From IMG/VR virus record IMGVR_UViG_3300024346_003797, positions 13,091-77,090 of that record: a stretch of DNA of 64,000 bases. One strand, given 5' to 3'. The notes under the pieces were generated by a model. The model did not search any database. It saw nothing but the letters and a program-made list of their open reading frames with translations, and was not told the origin of the DNA. The position numbers and the translations under genes are program-made. The stretch's first letter is position 1; each line of letters begins with the position of its first letter. Shown here one piece after another: positions 25,001-32,813 of the stretch. This stretch comes from a virus.

Positions 25001-28000
25001 TAGTGAAAGAATATCTAGTTCTAGTATTGGGTTACAATCAACACAACCACCAATTGATACAATTTTAGCAAGTGCTCAAGGTGCAGTGTTTGAAGTAGAA
25101 GGTGTTACGAATGACCAAACACTAGTGTGGAGTTCACGTACACGTAATGTCACACAAACTGTTGCATCTACTGATATCATTACTATTGAACCATCAACAG
25201 GTGGTGCACCAGACGAAGGTTTTGTAGGACCAACAACTGGCTTCTATGTTGATATGCCAGTTAAATTCCAAGGCGCAGTTGGCGCAAGTAATATAGTTAA
25301 CGGTACAACATATTATATAAAATCTATAATTAATGAAACTGATTTTACTATATCTGCAACTGTAGGTGGTGGATTATTTGCATTAGGTAATGCGACTATC
25401 AGCACAGCCGGATTATTGATGTATATAGGTGAAGTTACAAATACTGCGGTAGTTACACTATTCTACCCTGGTATATTAACTGCAACAGCTACTACCGCTA
25501 CTACTAATACAATATCAGTGCCGACAGTTGGTACTAATAATTTAGGTGGCACTAGTGGATTCTATCCTAATTTACCAGTATTCTTTACAGGAAATGTGTT
25601 TGGCGGTGTGATTGAAAATGAAACTTATTATGTAACAACTGTTATAAATGATGAGACATTTACAATGTCTACTAAAACTGACGCATTAACCATTAGTGTT
25701 AACTCAACTTCTGCAACAGGTAATGTTATCAACTGCACAAGTAGTGTTGGACTTTCTATTAATGACCCTATCATCTTTACTGATATATCAGTGGTATCGG
25801 GTACAACAAATATTGTTGCAGGAACAACTTATTATGTAAGTGCGATAACTTCTAACTCACAGTTTGTAATATCTAGTGTAGTTAACGGTGGACCATTTAA
25901 TCCCGGTACTAGTACTAGTACGATGACAGGTGTGGATCAAAAGGATATTGTACAATTAACAACTACAACCGGATCAATGACATGTAACGTTGGTTTACCA
26001 GTAAGTCCAGGACAAGTTACCGGACAACAGTTTACGTTCTATCCAACATCAACTACAACTGAAACAGTTACTGGAACTAACGGTAATCTAGTTGTAAGAA
26101 CAATAGATAATGCGCTTGCAAATGGAGATTATTTAAGTGTTACTTCACTAAGCGGTGGATTAACTAATATGTATATTAATATGCCAATCACTGTTGCTAG
26201 CAACTACGGTGGTTTAATAGGTGGTACTACATATTACATAAACGAGTTAGGCATTGTACAAAATGATGTAATTGCTACTACTGCTGGTAACTTACTAACA
26301 TGTACTAGCACAGCAGGTTTCTATGATGAAATGCCAATTATATTCAGCGGTACTGCATTAGGCGGATTAGTATTAGATACACTATACTATGTTATTGGAT
26401 CTTCTATTACTAGTACGCAGTTTAAAATATCAGAAACTGCAGGAGGCAGTGAAGTTGATTTGACTAGCGATAGTGGTGCTACTATGACTGCAACTGGTCA
26501 ACCATATATTAAGGTATCAGCTACTAAAGGTGGAGGTGTATTCGCATTAACCAATGCAACAACTACGGTAGTAATGACACAAGCACCCACAGCAGTACCT
26601 GAATTTGATGTAAGTTGGGTATTAGGTGGATATACAATAAGCATAAACGATCCAGGTGAAGGATACACACTAGATAATACTATTACTATTTTAGGTACTG
26701 ATTTAGGTGGAACAACTCCAGCTAATGATTTGGTTATGACAGTTAATACTATTGACACTATAACTGCAAATCCAAATAATGAGTTCTTACCATTAGAATC
26801 TAATGGCTCTATTGAGTCAGTTATTGGTTCAGGAACACCTAACGCTACTGTAACACAATATTACTTAAAGGTTATATCTGCGTCAGAGTGTGAAGTATAT
26901 AGTGATCCTTTATTACAGATACCCGTAAGTGGAATAAACTTCCCTTATACTACCGGTGATTATACATTACTTCCAGAACCGTTCTACTTCAATCAAAGCA
27001 TTGTAAAATACAATAACAATGTATATCAATGTATTGTAAGTAACAATGATGATGAGTTTATATTTGGTAAATGGGAGTTGTTATTAAGTGATAGTAGAAA
27101 ACTAAATGCGTTAGATAGAATTGTTGGTTATTATCAACCAACAGTAAATATGCCGGGATTAGATTTAACACAGTTAGTAGATGGAATTACATATCCAAAT
27201 AGTACATATATGGGTAATGCATTTGCCCCTAATGATGAATATACATTGGACACTATATTACAAGACCAACAGTTTAATCCAACAGCAGTTAATACTACTG
27301 CAGTAGTTTGGAATGGTACAAGATATATTGCTGCCGCAAACACACCTGACTATTCCGATATTATTACAAGTGATACAGGTAGTACATGGGATTTTAATCA
27401 AATATCATCACAACCGATAGGATTGTCTGACATAACTTATTCTGGTACAAAATATGTAATCAGTTCTACTAATATAGCAACTCCTATATTAATAAGTGAT
27501 GACGGAGATACATGGACTACTACTGGATTGGCAGCTAATACTGTATCAGTTACTAGTACTAGTTTAAATAGCGTTACATATCTAAATGGTTTATATATGG
27601 CAGCCGGTGATATTATTGTATCAAGTTCGGATGCATATACATGGACAGAAAGATATAGATTTACTAACTCTGTATTATATGGAATACAAGGAATTGATAT
27701 CAATAACTTTACTGGATTTATTGCGGTAGGTTATGGTCCTGACTATAGTGTTATCCCGACAATAACTCAATCGGTTGTATTACGAAGCGTTAATGGTACT
27801 GTATGGAATAATGTAACTCCATCGGGTTCAGCAGAAACAATGTATGGAGTAACTAGTGGCAATAACATTATTGTTATAGTTGGCGACAATGGTACTATCT
27901 TTACTAGTGTGAATGGTAGTAATTGGGTTGATACAAGTACTGGTAGTGACAATTTAAGAGATGTGGTATATTCTGACAGCCTCGGACTATTTGTTGCAGT

Positions 28001-30806
28001 TGGACAATCAGGATCTGTTTTAACATCATCAGATGATGGTGCTACTTGGACATCACAAACTTCAACTACAACTGAGAATTTAAATGGTATCATTTGGAAT
28101 AGTGATGCCGAAGAGTTTATTATAACTGGTGAAAACAACGTTGTACTACAGAGTTCAGATGGAATAACTTGGACAAGTACAAATATATTTGTTACATTAC
28201 CTACAGTGTATGATGTTCAAGGTGATGCATTTACTGCAGGTTATGGTCCAGAAGAACTTGTACCAGGTGTAGTTACTGATAATCTAACTATGGTTGTAAC
28301 AACACGTCCGGGAACAAACTGGGATGTAGAAACATATCAACATGTTGGATATAACGTAGTATCTTCTGAGATAACTCCAATTGGATTAACACAAGTATTG
28401 TTTAGCTTTGATGGATTAGTACAAACTCCTGCACAAATATCTGTATTCCAAATTGATAGTGCGACTGGTTTAGCGACAAGATTGTATGAACCTGATGCAT
28501 TCACTATTGATTGGATAACAAAAACAGTTGAATTAACTACTGCATTACCTGCAGGTGATAAGTTAATGATTGATGTTTATGAAGTGGGCAACGGCGATCA
28601 ACTAGAAAAATCTAACTCACAGACTGATCCTATTAGACTAAACTCTACTACTGGATTTAATGAGATTTATTTAAACTGCAATTATAGTGCTACAATCAGT
28701 GCTGGGTCTGGAGTAGTAAGACCAGGCACACAACCAATACATGTTATAGCAACGGAAACTGATAGTACAGATGATACTATATTATGTGAAAATGTTGTTA
28801 ACTTCACATTAAACGACCAAATAATATTTGGAGGTGATGTTTTTGGTGGTATTGTAGCAGACACACATTATTATGTTAAAACTATAAGTGAAGTAACCAA
28901 TAAAATTACTATTTCAGATACAATAGTAACAGGTGTTGCAGGCCCGGCATTTGCACTAACATCTGATGTAGGTTCTATGGATGTAATAATAGAAACCGGC
29001 AGTGGTACATATTGGACTGATCCTATTGTATATTATAATGGTAATAAACTTGTATCAGGTAACACAGCCCGTGTAATACAAACTATTAGTAGCACCAACA
29101 GTATTGTATGTAATTCAACTGATGGTATATCAGTAAATGAGACTATCGTGTTTAGTGATACTATGTTTGGTAATGATATCACTCCTCAAACGGTATATTA
29201 TATTAAATCAATAATTGATGGTAATGAATTTACGATTTCTGAGACAAGCGTTGCAGGTGTACCTGGACCAGTACTTACACTAAGTGATGCAGTCGGTGGC
29301 GCACTAGGAGTCACCAATGATTATGCATTGGGCATAGCAGATAATGGCATTTCAGCAAAAATGATTTTTGCGGCACAATATGATGATACAGTGGATTATT
29401 TAAATTACACAGTATTTGGAGAAACTTTCCCAAGTCAGTATGGATATACTATACCTGAAACACAATTGTTTGAAGGAGACGGGACAACTGATACATTTGT
29501 ACTAGATAATTATGTAGGCGGTGATAATCCGTTGAACGCAATAGTAGAAATTAATGGATTACGAGTGGATCAAGGTGTATCTACCTATACTATATCATTT
29601 GGGCCTGACACAATTGTATTTGACACAGCACCAAGTAATGGTGATATTATTTCTGTAACTAGTTATAATTTAACTGATCGACAGTATTTTAATACACAAT
29701 ATGGCTTGACCGGCGAAACGGTTTCTGCCATAACTTACATTAATAATGCCACTACACCAGTACAGGTCACTACTACAACTGCACATGGTTTAACTACAGG
29801 TAATATTGTAAGAATAGACGGTGTACAAGGTTCAGTACAATTAAACAACAATACATACTATGTTGATGTTATAAGCACTACTGTATTGGATTTGTATTAT
29901 GATGACACCTTACTTGATCCTGTTATTTCAGTATCATCATATACAGGTGGTGGATATGTTTGGTTAGATGAAACATTTACCGTAGATAGTGATTGGGAAC
30001 AAGATAATGTTGACAGATTATGGGTAACAATTAATGGTTATCGTGTACCATCAAGCTCATTATATTTGAATGCCAATAACAATCTAAGTATTTTAGCTCC
30101 AGTAGATAGTGCAGATAGCATTACTATTACTAGTATGATGCCAAGTGCAACCCCTAATCAACTGGTATATTTACAGAATGTTAATAAGACTAACACGCCG
30201 TCGGTATATAGAGCGAACACTAATACTAGAACATGGTTAGTTGCCCCATTGTATAATACTGACAATACAATCTATGTAGCAGATGTTAGTCGAATTACTG
30301 ATACAATAATACAAGCTGTAACTGTACCGGCCGCAGTAGATGGTATTACTACTATTGGACTGACAGCAGATAAAAACATTATTTCTCAAGTTATTGTGTA
30401 TAATACCACAACTAGCACTTATGTAAGTTCTACTAATTATAGTATAGTAATTCAAAACTTAGCGCCAGTATTGCAAATAACTGCCGGAGTAACGGTGGGA
30501 GATAGCATAGTGATTACTACGATTGAGGGGAATTTAATATATCTTAATGGAGAACAGATTAGATTTACTACAGTAGACTTAAATGCTAATACATTAAGTG
30601 GGTTGCAACGAGGCACAAATGGTACAGGAATATTGACTTATATACCGGTATATAGCGAGGTATATGGAATATTATCCAATAACATGTTACCTAGTGTAAA
30701 TTACAATTTGACTTGGAATAGCAATATTTACAATGTATCTCAGGGTGATCCGTTGCAGATTAGTGAGACTAATGCCGCAATATTCTTAAATACGGACATA
30801 TCTTAA
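13092..30806 (+). CDS. giant (5904 aa) modular baseplate/virion protein in the gp7 position
   Basis: Uninterrupted ORF after gp6; FG-GAP-like repeats, repeated beta modules and an Asp-box propeller. Confidence 0.7.
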   Translation: MATRIRTLNFLPEIFKTTTNSQFLNATLDQIVDQPNVKRIEGYIGSRFGYGVNAKNYYVTEPTKTRTDYQLDPGVVFLKKDTNTAQDFISYPGIIDGLELEGAVVNNNNRLFTSQFYSWDSFTDLDKIINFNQYYWIPEGPDAVTVSTETVYNATDYIVTSTSNGYLITADGASQGSINPSITLLRGGTYRFSVNQNSQFWIQGMPGVTGYDPAQPNVQTRDVLGVDNNGTEVGVVTFTVPFKNAQDEYNFPGNNRVDVVSTLAFDDVNGVLVSSLTNGIDGITSLEGLTLMFYNTGSPSVIEAGSFIVGNTYKINTIGTTDFTLIGATSNTVGVSFIATGIGTGNGSANSLTGYVSKFYDTTPFDEDGGSSYTPPGDSLNFANFEGGYYTDIASTFYTVTYEGDPSDPVIRLVEAGTIPVEERITANYGQEFIGRSFYLNTSDTIILIPYLSAILDTLYYQDGTSGNKVGQIRLIASNTTNRIDVDTDIIGKKNYTSPNGVVFTNGLKVIFSGEIYPTSYENIRYYVEGVGTAIQLVPVTDLVAPEPFTSGTYIPFDTTPYDIGNFDSNLYVPVTPDYITIARNSIDKNPWSRSNRWFHIDVITATATYNSNPGLVTLYATANNKAKRPVIEFYPNLRLFDAGVVGKAPIDFIDFRTTDALNQVAAQENYYPDVEVYTTYTGTINGVTGTSTTVTILANNVTGAFQVGQYINDSTNILPRNSQITNISGTTTLTLTVEWLGSQTIGSTSVASLIANDNQNDEYALFDGARVVFAADNNQDVKNKIYVSRFSTLTEGGTPVITLTEAEDGLVLPDEQTVAFRGFNYQGMDFYFDGIDWIEGQQKTTVNQPPLFDIFDENNISFGNSDVYVGTSFTGNKLFAYGLGIGSDDPVLGFPLQYSSIDNVGDISFDVSLNSATFNYVSGTTPITQKVNTGYVYNYTDLITSIRQLGWQTAIAPSVQYQIFEFDYFASNPTSTFTCDIAKLADSDSAWPTIQVFVNNQIQDTSNYTVTTTSSQTIVTLAVPNPLIDTVVEISVLSDQVSETAYYGIPINLNNNPLNADVTNVNVGDIRGQYQSSFYNNPNTTGEVFGPNNYRDLGNMVPYGNRIIQNSASLVLPGAFLRKQNHNLFNALLYNSREYITFKTLLVDTVNNTEYNVYTSPSTMLDDALDQITKSKSDSNSFFWSDMLPSKAAYITNTYSFANALDVSIYPLSKVYNFDTANYNGVLVYLTTSAGITSQLIRNVDYTVSSTSPSLTVTLDLAPGDQITIKEYNQTYGSYVPNTPTKLGLYPATIPAVVLDINYNQPTYFIVGHDGSYNKLYGDYIDGRLIDFRDQVLLEYETRVYNNLKLSNVIPIQAYEVMPGFFRDTDYSYDEILEIYSSSFLNWVGQNRINYKKQFYNTNNEYTYNYNVSGNKINREVIPQGYWRGIYEYFYDTSNPDTYPWEMLGFTDQPTWWQTRYGPAPYTSDNLVLWNDLAQGIDWNNGNPVVIPKAVRPQLLQVLPVDSAGNLVSPFVSIVGNYSNTSFNRDWKVGDVGPAEFSYRRSSSWPFDLMRILALTKPAEFFNLGVDVDNYKYNEEFNQYLVNNRSHLVISDVEIYGNGIAKTSYINWVVDFEKQVGIDATTNITELLDNIDVRLVYRVAGFSDKNLLKFYVEKSTANSNNSSLLIPDESYQVLLYDNQPFDRITYSGVVIQLTDQGYYKVYGNSQTNAYFNVLLPKINGRYERVSVQGLSVQLATDYYSNPTLVAYGTEFYNVQEVAQFLESYGRYLASQGVLFDQIESGLEVSWRQMVAEYLYWAQTGWESGSIVNINPAASFLSINKDSYIVQPLTLQQQNFVLNQNLYPIQSTDLSIVRDGTLFSAQPLNQGDTIAYGQFNISNFEHGIVFDNVTLFDDVIYNLTTGLRQNRINVRGTKTADWNGTVDAQGFILNQDNILDWSKEVKYTTGSIVKYKNKYWIAITIIQAKAVFDEREWKETDYNEIQKGLLPNTSTRSYESTLYYDVNRANLENDADLLSFSLIGYRPRNYLALADLTDITQINVYKNFIKNKGTMNAVSAFKGANLPQGGIDYDVYENWAIKSGEFGGVLNSNFIDFKLNETLLTGNPSIVGLTNGVSTDGVQQEVPLYSIYNYGRPINSTTVLPTLPTDTPSTLFPYAGYANFNDMRIAAYYYFNLANSTSPSGEVVPLARLYVGQYVWIADYQGTWQVMTPISLGAIIFAKNNLNGTATITFSTPHGLTKYQPFAIVNFNDSLNGYYVATTIVDPNNIIVNVTLDPAITTITGQGVGFRFQSQRVDNPSDIINLPLLNNEFVKNKVWVDTNTDGSWAVYRKSINYAYDSELVKDGSETFGSAVAYTDSLGYLVGDADAGVVYRYSFNDLFNQYLLTQTLTQTSSFGTTIAYADDIFVISQPTGASTVYIYQLVVNTTVDALQSFQTAITAPGGVTEWGRAIAISGDKNWLYISAVTSSASLVYVYQLSAVTDEYELSTTIDFGLPNTDNFGYSLATDYYGDTIIIGAPTKQYDSSTSNWGYTYVYDRTVQNDEAQYTSLPDVPQTFAMAWTPSTTTITATASDAGTDRFTCADSSSLVVGSPIVFTGTVYGGVSLNTVYYILAKPTGTTFTISTERSGTILPLSTDTGSMSVVQQNDSLLVNVNGTLITDNNYSIIGSTFNVYSSLNAGDIVTISGNNFVLAQTLTTETTPRIGVQFGTSIDTTTYATEILVGAPFEINSQNQEGAVYRYTNGGSKYGMVIGTSNCAITTSRTILINGYMVVLPAGNATTSATAINQSNITNVYATALDGKLIISLIDNALALVNDKLNITSLATATWAELGFNQYTQTQVINDPHVQGTTQFGNVVKFNEFDSFIVSAPTATRYEATTFDASDDDNYDNDTLFDNNATQWVDTYRNAGAVYMFDYLGVYNETLANCGNFVYAQSVNDINETFGSQPMYGHALEFNASQVVIGTPDFKPDTVAGQIVTYTNATGATDWSVYRSSSPVVDIDRIQNIQLYSALTNNTLDNLDYIDPLQGKILGSVRQNIDVVSNADPAGYNSPNKPLGTIVWGAAQVGQLWFNTSTTRFVNYHQNDVVYDSKWWGQVFPGSDVTVYSWITSNVPPALYTGPGTAYDIDSYAIEYMLNSTGVLTPVYFYWVRNTNIVFTKTGKTLSDSIIQMYITSPINSGISYFAPLEQGIYALYNCGENINGTDTVLHIGYSTGTNDDTSHSVYNLIRTNYADDFLPGLPEVSHTHTINHGTNNTTTGIPESLYDRMLDSLCGVDESGGVVPDPYLPKPVQSGIYARPRQSFFVNRFLALKNYLTYANEVLAQYPITETRNASFLNAKNPTIIETIVAGNCQANTIYTIVTVGDVDWTSIGASSNTVGVTFTATGPATGSSRNTGTASFLAFTEGAKYNTPDYWSYINWWATGYDNNTKSALQVPIYADLATVDASPGLIVTVTANGDGKSETYVYTNLGIWERIGLQDGTIAFDSSLWDYKTARLGFGDNFFDTTPYDLYPSQETRNITRALNEEIYTNELLIFRNKSLILLFEYIQSETIESQNYLPWLNKTSFIDVAHTIRDLRPIEVYQSDNQDFLSGYINEVKPYHVVIKEFLFKYTGTDVYAGIITDFDLPAQYNTSVEQFITPELVYANPSSANQYLPTDPIWQTAPYSEWFNNYGLSITGVNNYQITVLASYISLNAGSFAVDNAYGFPINGTILIGDELIGYSSVDRSNNTLTGLTRGVDGTPITAHIPGEIISMDLPAVLLLDGGRGYTEPPRITAYIDTTIYPEPRRPAVLQAVMSLDSILSVNVIDPGDGYAVLPQIIIDPSILIPFTANNVDTLTSTIALPAPLLQTGDLVKYTVGASTTAVGGLDTDQYYYVGVLESTPTFNIALYTTYRDAVNDSDRVILFDAGTGNNNLLSVSARASCISTSIPIRENIITLRFDRTTYNSQVTDWQGGQFYGSFYAGLFNNSERISSSSIGLQSTQPPIDTILASAQGAVFEVEGVTNDQTLVWSSRTRNVTQTVASTDIITIEPSTGGAPDEGFVGPTTGFYVDMPVKFQGAVGASNIVNGTTYYIKSIINETDFTISATVGGGLFALGNATISTAGLLMYIGEVTNTAVVTLFYPGILTATATTATTNTISVPTVGTNNLGGTSGFYPNLPVFFTGNVFGGVIENETYYVTTVINDETFTMSTKTDALTISVNSTSATGNVINCTSSVGLSINDPIIFTDISVVSGTTNIVAGTTYYVSAITSNSQFVISSVVNGGPFNPGTSTSTMTGVDQKDIVQLTTTTGSMTCNVGLPVSPGQVTGQQFTFYPTSTTTETVTGTNGNLVVRTIDNALANGDYLSVTSLSGGLTNMYINMPITVASNYGGLIGGTTYYINELGIVQNDVIATTAGNLLTCTSTAGFYDEMPIIFSGTALGGLVLDTLYYVIGSSITSTQFKISETAGGSEVDLTSDSGATMTATGQPYIKVSATKGGGVFALTNATTTVVMTQAPTAVPEFDVSWVLGGYTISINDPGEGYTLDNTITILGTDLGGTTPANDLVMTVNTIDTITANPNNEFLPLESNGSIESVIGSGTPNATVTQYYLKVISASECEVYSDPLLQIPVSGINFPYTTGDYTLLPEPFYFNQSIVKYNNNVYQCIVSNNDDEFIFGKWELLLSDSRKLNALDRIVGYYQPTVNMPGLDLTQLVDGITYPNSTYMGNAFAPNDEYTLDTILQDQQFNPTAVNTTAVVWNGTRYIAAANTPDYSDIITSDTGSTWDFNQISSQPIGLSDITYSGTKYVISSTNIATPILISDDGDTWTTTGLAANTVSVTSTSLNSVTYLNGLYMAAGDIIVSSSDAYTWTERYRFTNSVLYGIQGIDINNFTGFIAVGYGPDYSVIPTITQSVVLRSVNGTVWNNVTPSGSAETMYGVTSGNNIIVIVGDNGTIFTSVNGSNWVDTSTGSDNLRDVVYSDSLGLFVAVGQSGSVLTSSDDGATWTSQTSTTTENLNGIIWNSDAEEFIITGENNVVLQSSDGITWTSTNIFVTLPTVYDVQGDAFTAGYGPEELVPGVVTDNLTMVVTTRPGTNWDVETYQHVGYNVVSSEITPIGLTQVLFSFDGLVQTPAQISVFQIDSATGLATRLYEPDAFTIDWITKTVELTTALPAGDKLMIDVYEVGNGDQLEKSNSQTDPIRLNSTTGFNEIYLNCNYSATISAGSGVVRPGTQPIHVIATETDSTDDTILCENVVNFTLNDQIIFGGDVFGGIVADTHYYVKTISEVTNKITISDTIVTGVAGPAFALTSDVGSMDVIIETGSGTYWTDPIVYYNGNKLVSGNTARVIQTISSTNSIVCNSTDGISVNETIVFSDTMFGNDITPQTVYYIKSIIDGNEFTISETSVAGVPGPVLTLSDAVGGALGVTNDYALGIADNGISAKMIFAAQYDDTVDYLNYTVFGETFPSQYGYTIPETQLFEGDGTTDTFVLDNYVGGDNPLNAIVEINGLRVDQGVSTYTISFGPDTIVFDTAPSNGDIISVTSYNLTDRQYFNTQYGLTGETVSAITYINNATTPVQVTTTTAHGLTTGNIVRIDGVQGSVQLNNNTYYVDVISTTVLDLYYDDTLLDPVISVSSYTGGGYVWLDETFTVDSDWEQDNVDRLWVTINGYRVPSSSLYLNANNNLSILAPVDSADSITITSMMPSATPNQLVYLQNVNKTNTPSVYRANTNTRTWLVAPLYNTDNTIYVADVSRITDTIIQAVTVPAAVDGITTIGLTADKNIISQVIVYNTTTSTYVSSTNYSIVIQNLAPVLQITAGVTVGDSIVITTIEGNLIYLNGEQIRFTTVDLNANTLSGLQRGTNGTGILTYIPVYSEVYGILSNNMLPSVNYNLTWNSNIYNVSQGDPLQISETNAAIFLNTDIS
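27300..28200 (+). repeat. Asp-box/BNR repeats (SxDGxTW), predicted beta-propeller
   Basis: TSDTGSTW, SDDGDTW, SSDAYTW, SVNGTVW, SVNGSNW, SDDGATW, SSDGITW. Confidence 0.75.
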
Positions 30807-30808
30807 AT

Positions 30809-30816
30809 GATAAATA
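30809..30816 (+). promoter_or_regulatory. late promoter GATAAATA
   Basis: 5 nt before ATG 30822. Confidence 0.65.
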
Positions 30817-30821
30817 AATAT

Positions 30822-30974
30822 ATGAGCAATAATATAGAAGAAAATAAGACTACACCTGTACCGGAATATGGTCCTAAACCTGACGAACATGGTGGGTTTT
30901 ACTTCTCATCTCATTTAAAAATAACTGATCCAAATACTAAAGAAGTATTGGTTCAACAAAGAGGCGATAACTAA
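30822..30974 (+). CDS. 50-aa small protein, absent from the ORF track
   Basis: MSNNIEENKTTPVPEYGPKPDEHGGFYFSSHLKITDPNTKEVLVQQRGDN; fills the gap; TAATG-coupled to the next gene. Confidence 0.75.
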   Translation: MSNNIEENKTTPVPEYGPKPDEHGGFYFSSHLKITDPNTKEVLVQQRGDN

Positions 30975-31594
30975 TGTCAGTAATAACACTATCATATAAA
31001 GTAGAAGGGTTTTTAAAGATTTATGACCCTAATAACGGAGAAGTACTAGTAGATAAGCACAACGCCATCAACTATGAAAACATGAGTGAGGCCATTGCTG
31101 ACACATTAAGTAGTCGTGGTTACGGAGAAATTTATCAGATGGCATTTGGGAACGGTGGTGCAAGCGTAGATGAAACAGGTGTTATCACATATCTACCCCC
31201 AAATACAACTGGTCAAAATGCTGCCTTATATAATCAAACATATGCAAAAATTGTAGATGATACTAGCGTTTTTAACTTAGATGCTACCCGTAATAAAATG
31301 ACAGTTACGCACACAACGGGAAAAGTATATACTGATATATTAGTGCAATGTTTATTAGATTACGGTGAGCCTGCAGGTCAAAATGCGTTTGACAATAGCA
31401 CACAAACGGACTCATCATATATTTTTGATGAGCTTGGTCTATTGGCAAATTATGGTACGGATAATGACGGTAACGTGATTACCAGATTACTAACACACGT
31501 AATTTTCCATCCAGTACAAAAGAGTTTGAATAGACAAATACAAATAGATTATACAGTCAGGATTCAAAGCTTGACAAACTTAGTGACAATTTAA
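30974..31594 (+). CDS. putative baseplate/virion structural protein
   Basis: 206 aa within the structural module. Confidence 0.55.
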   Translation: MSVITLSYKVEGFLKIYDPNNGEVLVDKHNAINYENMSEAIADTLSSRGYGEIYQMAFGNGGASVDETGVITYLPPNTTGQNAALYNQTYAKIVDDTSVFNLDATRNKMTVTHTTGKVYTDILVQCLLDYGEPAGQNAFDNSTQTDSSYIFDELGLLANYGTDNDGNVITRLLTHVIFHPVQKSLNRQIQIDYTVRIQSLTNLVTI

Positions 31595-31602
31595 GATAAA
31601 TA
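31595..31602 (+). promoter_or_regulatory. late promoter GATAAATA
   Basis: Intergenic. Confidence 0.7.
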
Positions 31603-31625
31603 ACAGAATATCGGGGTAATTTAAT

Positions 31626-32804
31626 ATGGCATATACGATTGTAAAGAGTGATGGAACAGTACTAACAACCATTGCTGACGGTACTATAAACACAACTAGT
31701 ACATCATTGGGTTTACCGGGCAGGAACTATGCTGGGTATGGCCAATCACTTGATACCAACTTTGTTCATGCAATGGAAAACTTTGCAGACTCTGTTCCTC
31801 CTTCTAATCCATTGCGAGGTCAATTATGGTATAATACTAATGATAGCACCTTGTGTGTTTGTCCAGCAGATGGAACTACAACTGCTAGCTCTTGGATTAC
31901 ACTAGCGCAGTCAGGTGGTTCAGGTACAACAACATTTGGATCGGTAACTGTTACAGGTAATCTTCAAGCAAACAATATCACTGCAGTAAACGCATTAGTC
32001 GGGGACACAATCACTGTTCGTCTAGCAACAGTTACTGCAAATGCGTCAATCGCAAATGCAAATGTTACAAATGGTAATATCACCACATTAACTACAGCAA
32101 ATATTACTTCTGGTTCGTCAACAACTATCGGCAATATTACAGGTACTTGGACAGTAACAGGTGGTTCAGCCGGTAACAGTTTAGTAGTTGCTAATGGTAA
32201 TGTTTATACAACTGGCATTAAAACAGATAACTATTACTATGCAAATGGTACTCCATTCAACCCAACAGGAACATATGGTAATGCTAATGTAGCATTATTT
32301 TTACCAACATATACCGGTAACTTGCAACCATCATTGGTAACAACTTCTGCAATCGCAGGTGGTGGTACGATTTCTGGTATATGGACATTGGCTAGTGGTG
32401 CTAGATTAAATGCAACATACGCTGACTTAGCAGAACGTTTTGAGGCAGATGCAACATATGATGCAGGTACAGTTGTTGAATTGGGCGGAGATGCAGAAAT
32501 AACTGCAGTAGTAAATGAACTAAGCGAAGATGTATTTGGCGTGGTATCTAACACAGCGGCGTATTTAATGAACGCCGGAGCAGGGGATGATTTAACTCAT
32601 CCACCAGTAGCTGTTGGTGGTCGTGTACAAGTTAAAGTTACAGGCAAAGTTCGTAAAGGTCAACGTTTAGTAAGTGCTGGAAATGGTATTGCACGTGCAG
32701 CCAAAATAGGTGAAGCAACATCATTCAATGTAATTGGACGTGCTCTAGCAAACAAAACTACTGATGACGTTGGCACCGTAGAAGCATTCGTTTCAATTAA
32801 ATAA
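31626..32804 (+). CDS. tail fibre/baseplate protein with C-terminal chaperone-like (peptidase G2/IMC-like) domain
   Basis: ENFA...PLRGQLWYN N-terminus; Asn/Thr-rich beta repeats; YADLAERF...GTVV...GRVQVKV. Confidence 0.6.
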   Translation: MAYTIVKSDGTVLTTIADGTINTTSTSLGLPGRNYAGYGQSLDTNFVHAMENFADSVPPSNPLRGQLWYNTNDSTLCVCPADGTTTASSWITLAQSGGSGTTTFGSVTVTGNLQANNITAVNALVGDTITVRLATVTANASIANANVTNGNITTLTTANITSGSSTTIGNITGTWTVTGGSAGNSLVVANGNVYTTGIKTDNYYYANGTPFNPTGTYGNANVALFLPTYTGNLQPSLVTTSAIAGGGTISGIWTLASGARLNATYADLAERFEADATYDAGTVVELGGDAEITAVVNELSEDVFGVVSNTAAYLMNAGAGDDLTHPPVAVGGRVQVKVTGKVRKGQRLVSAGNGIARAAKIGEATSFNVIGRALANKTTDDVGTVEAFVSIK

Positions 32805-32813
32805 GGATAAAAC

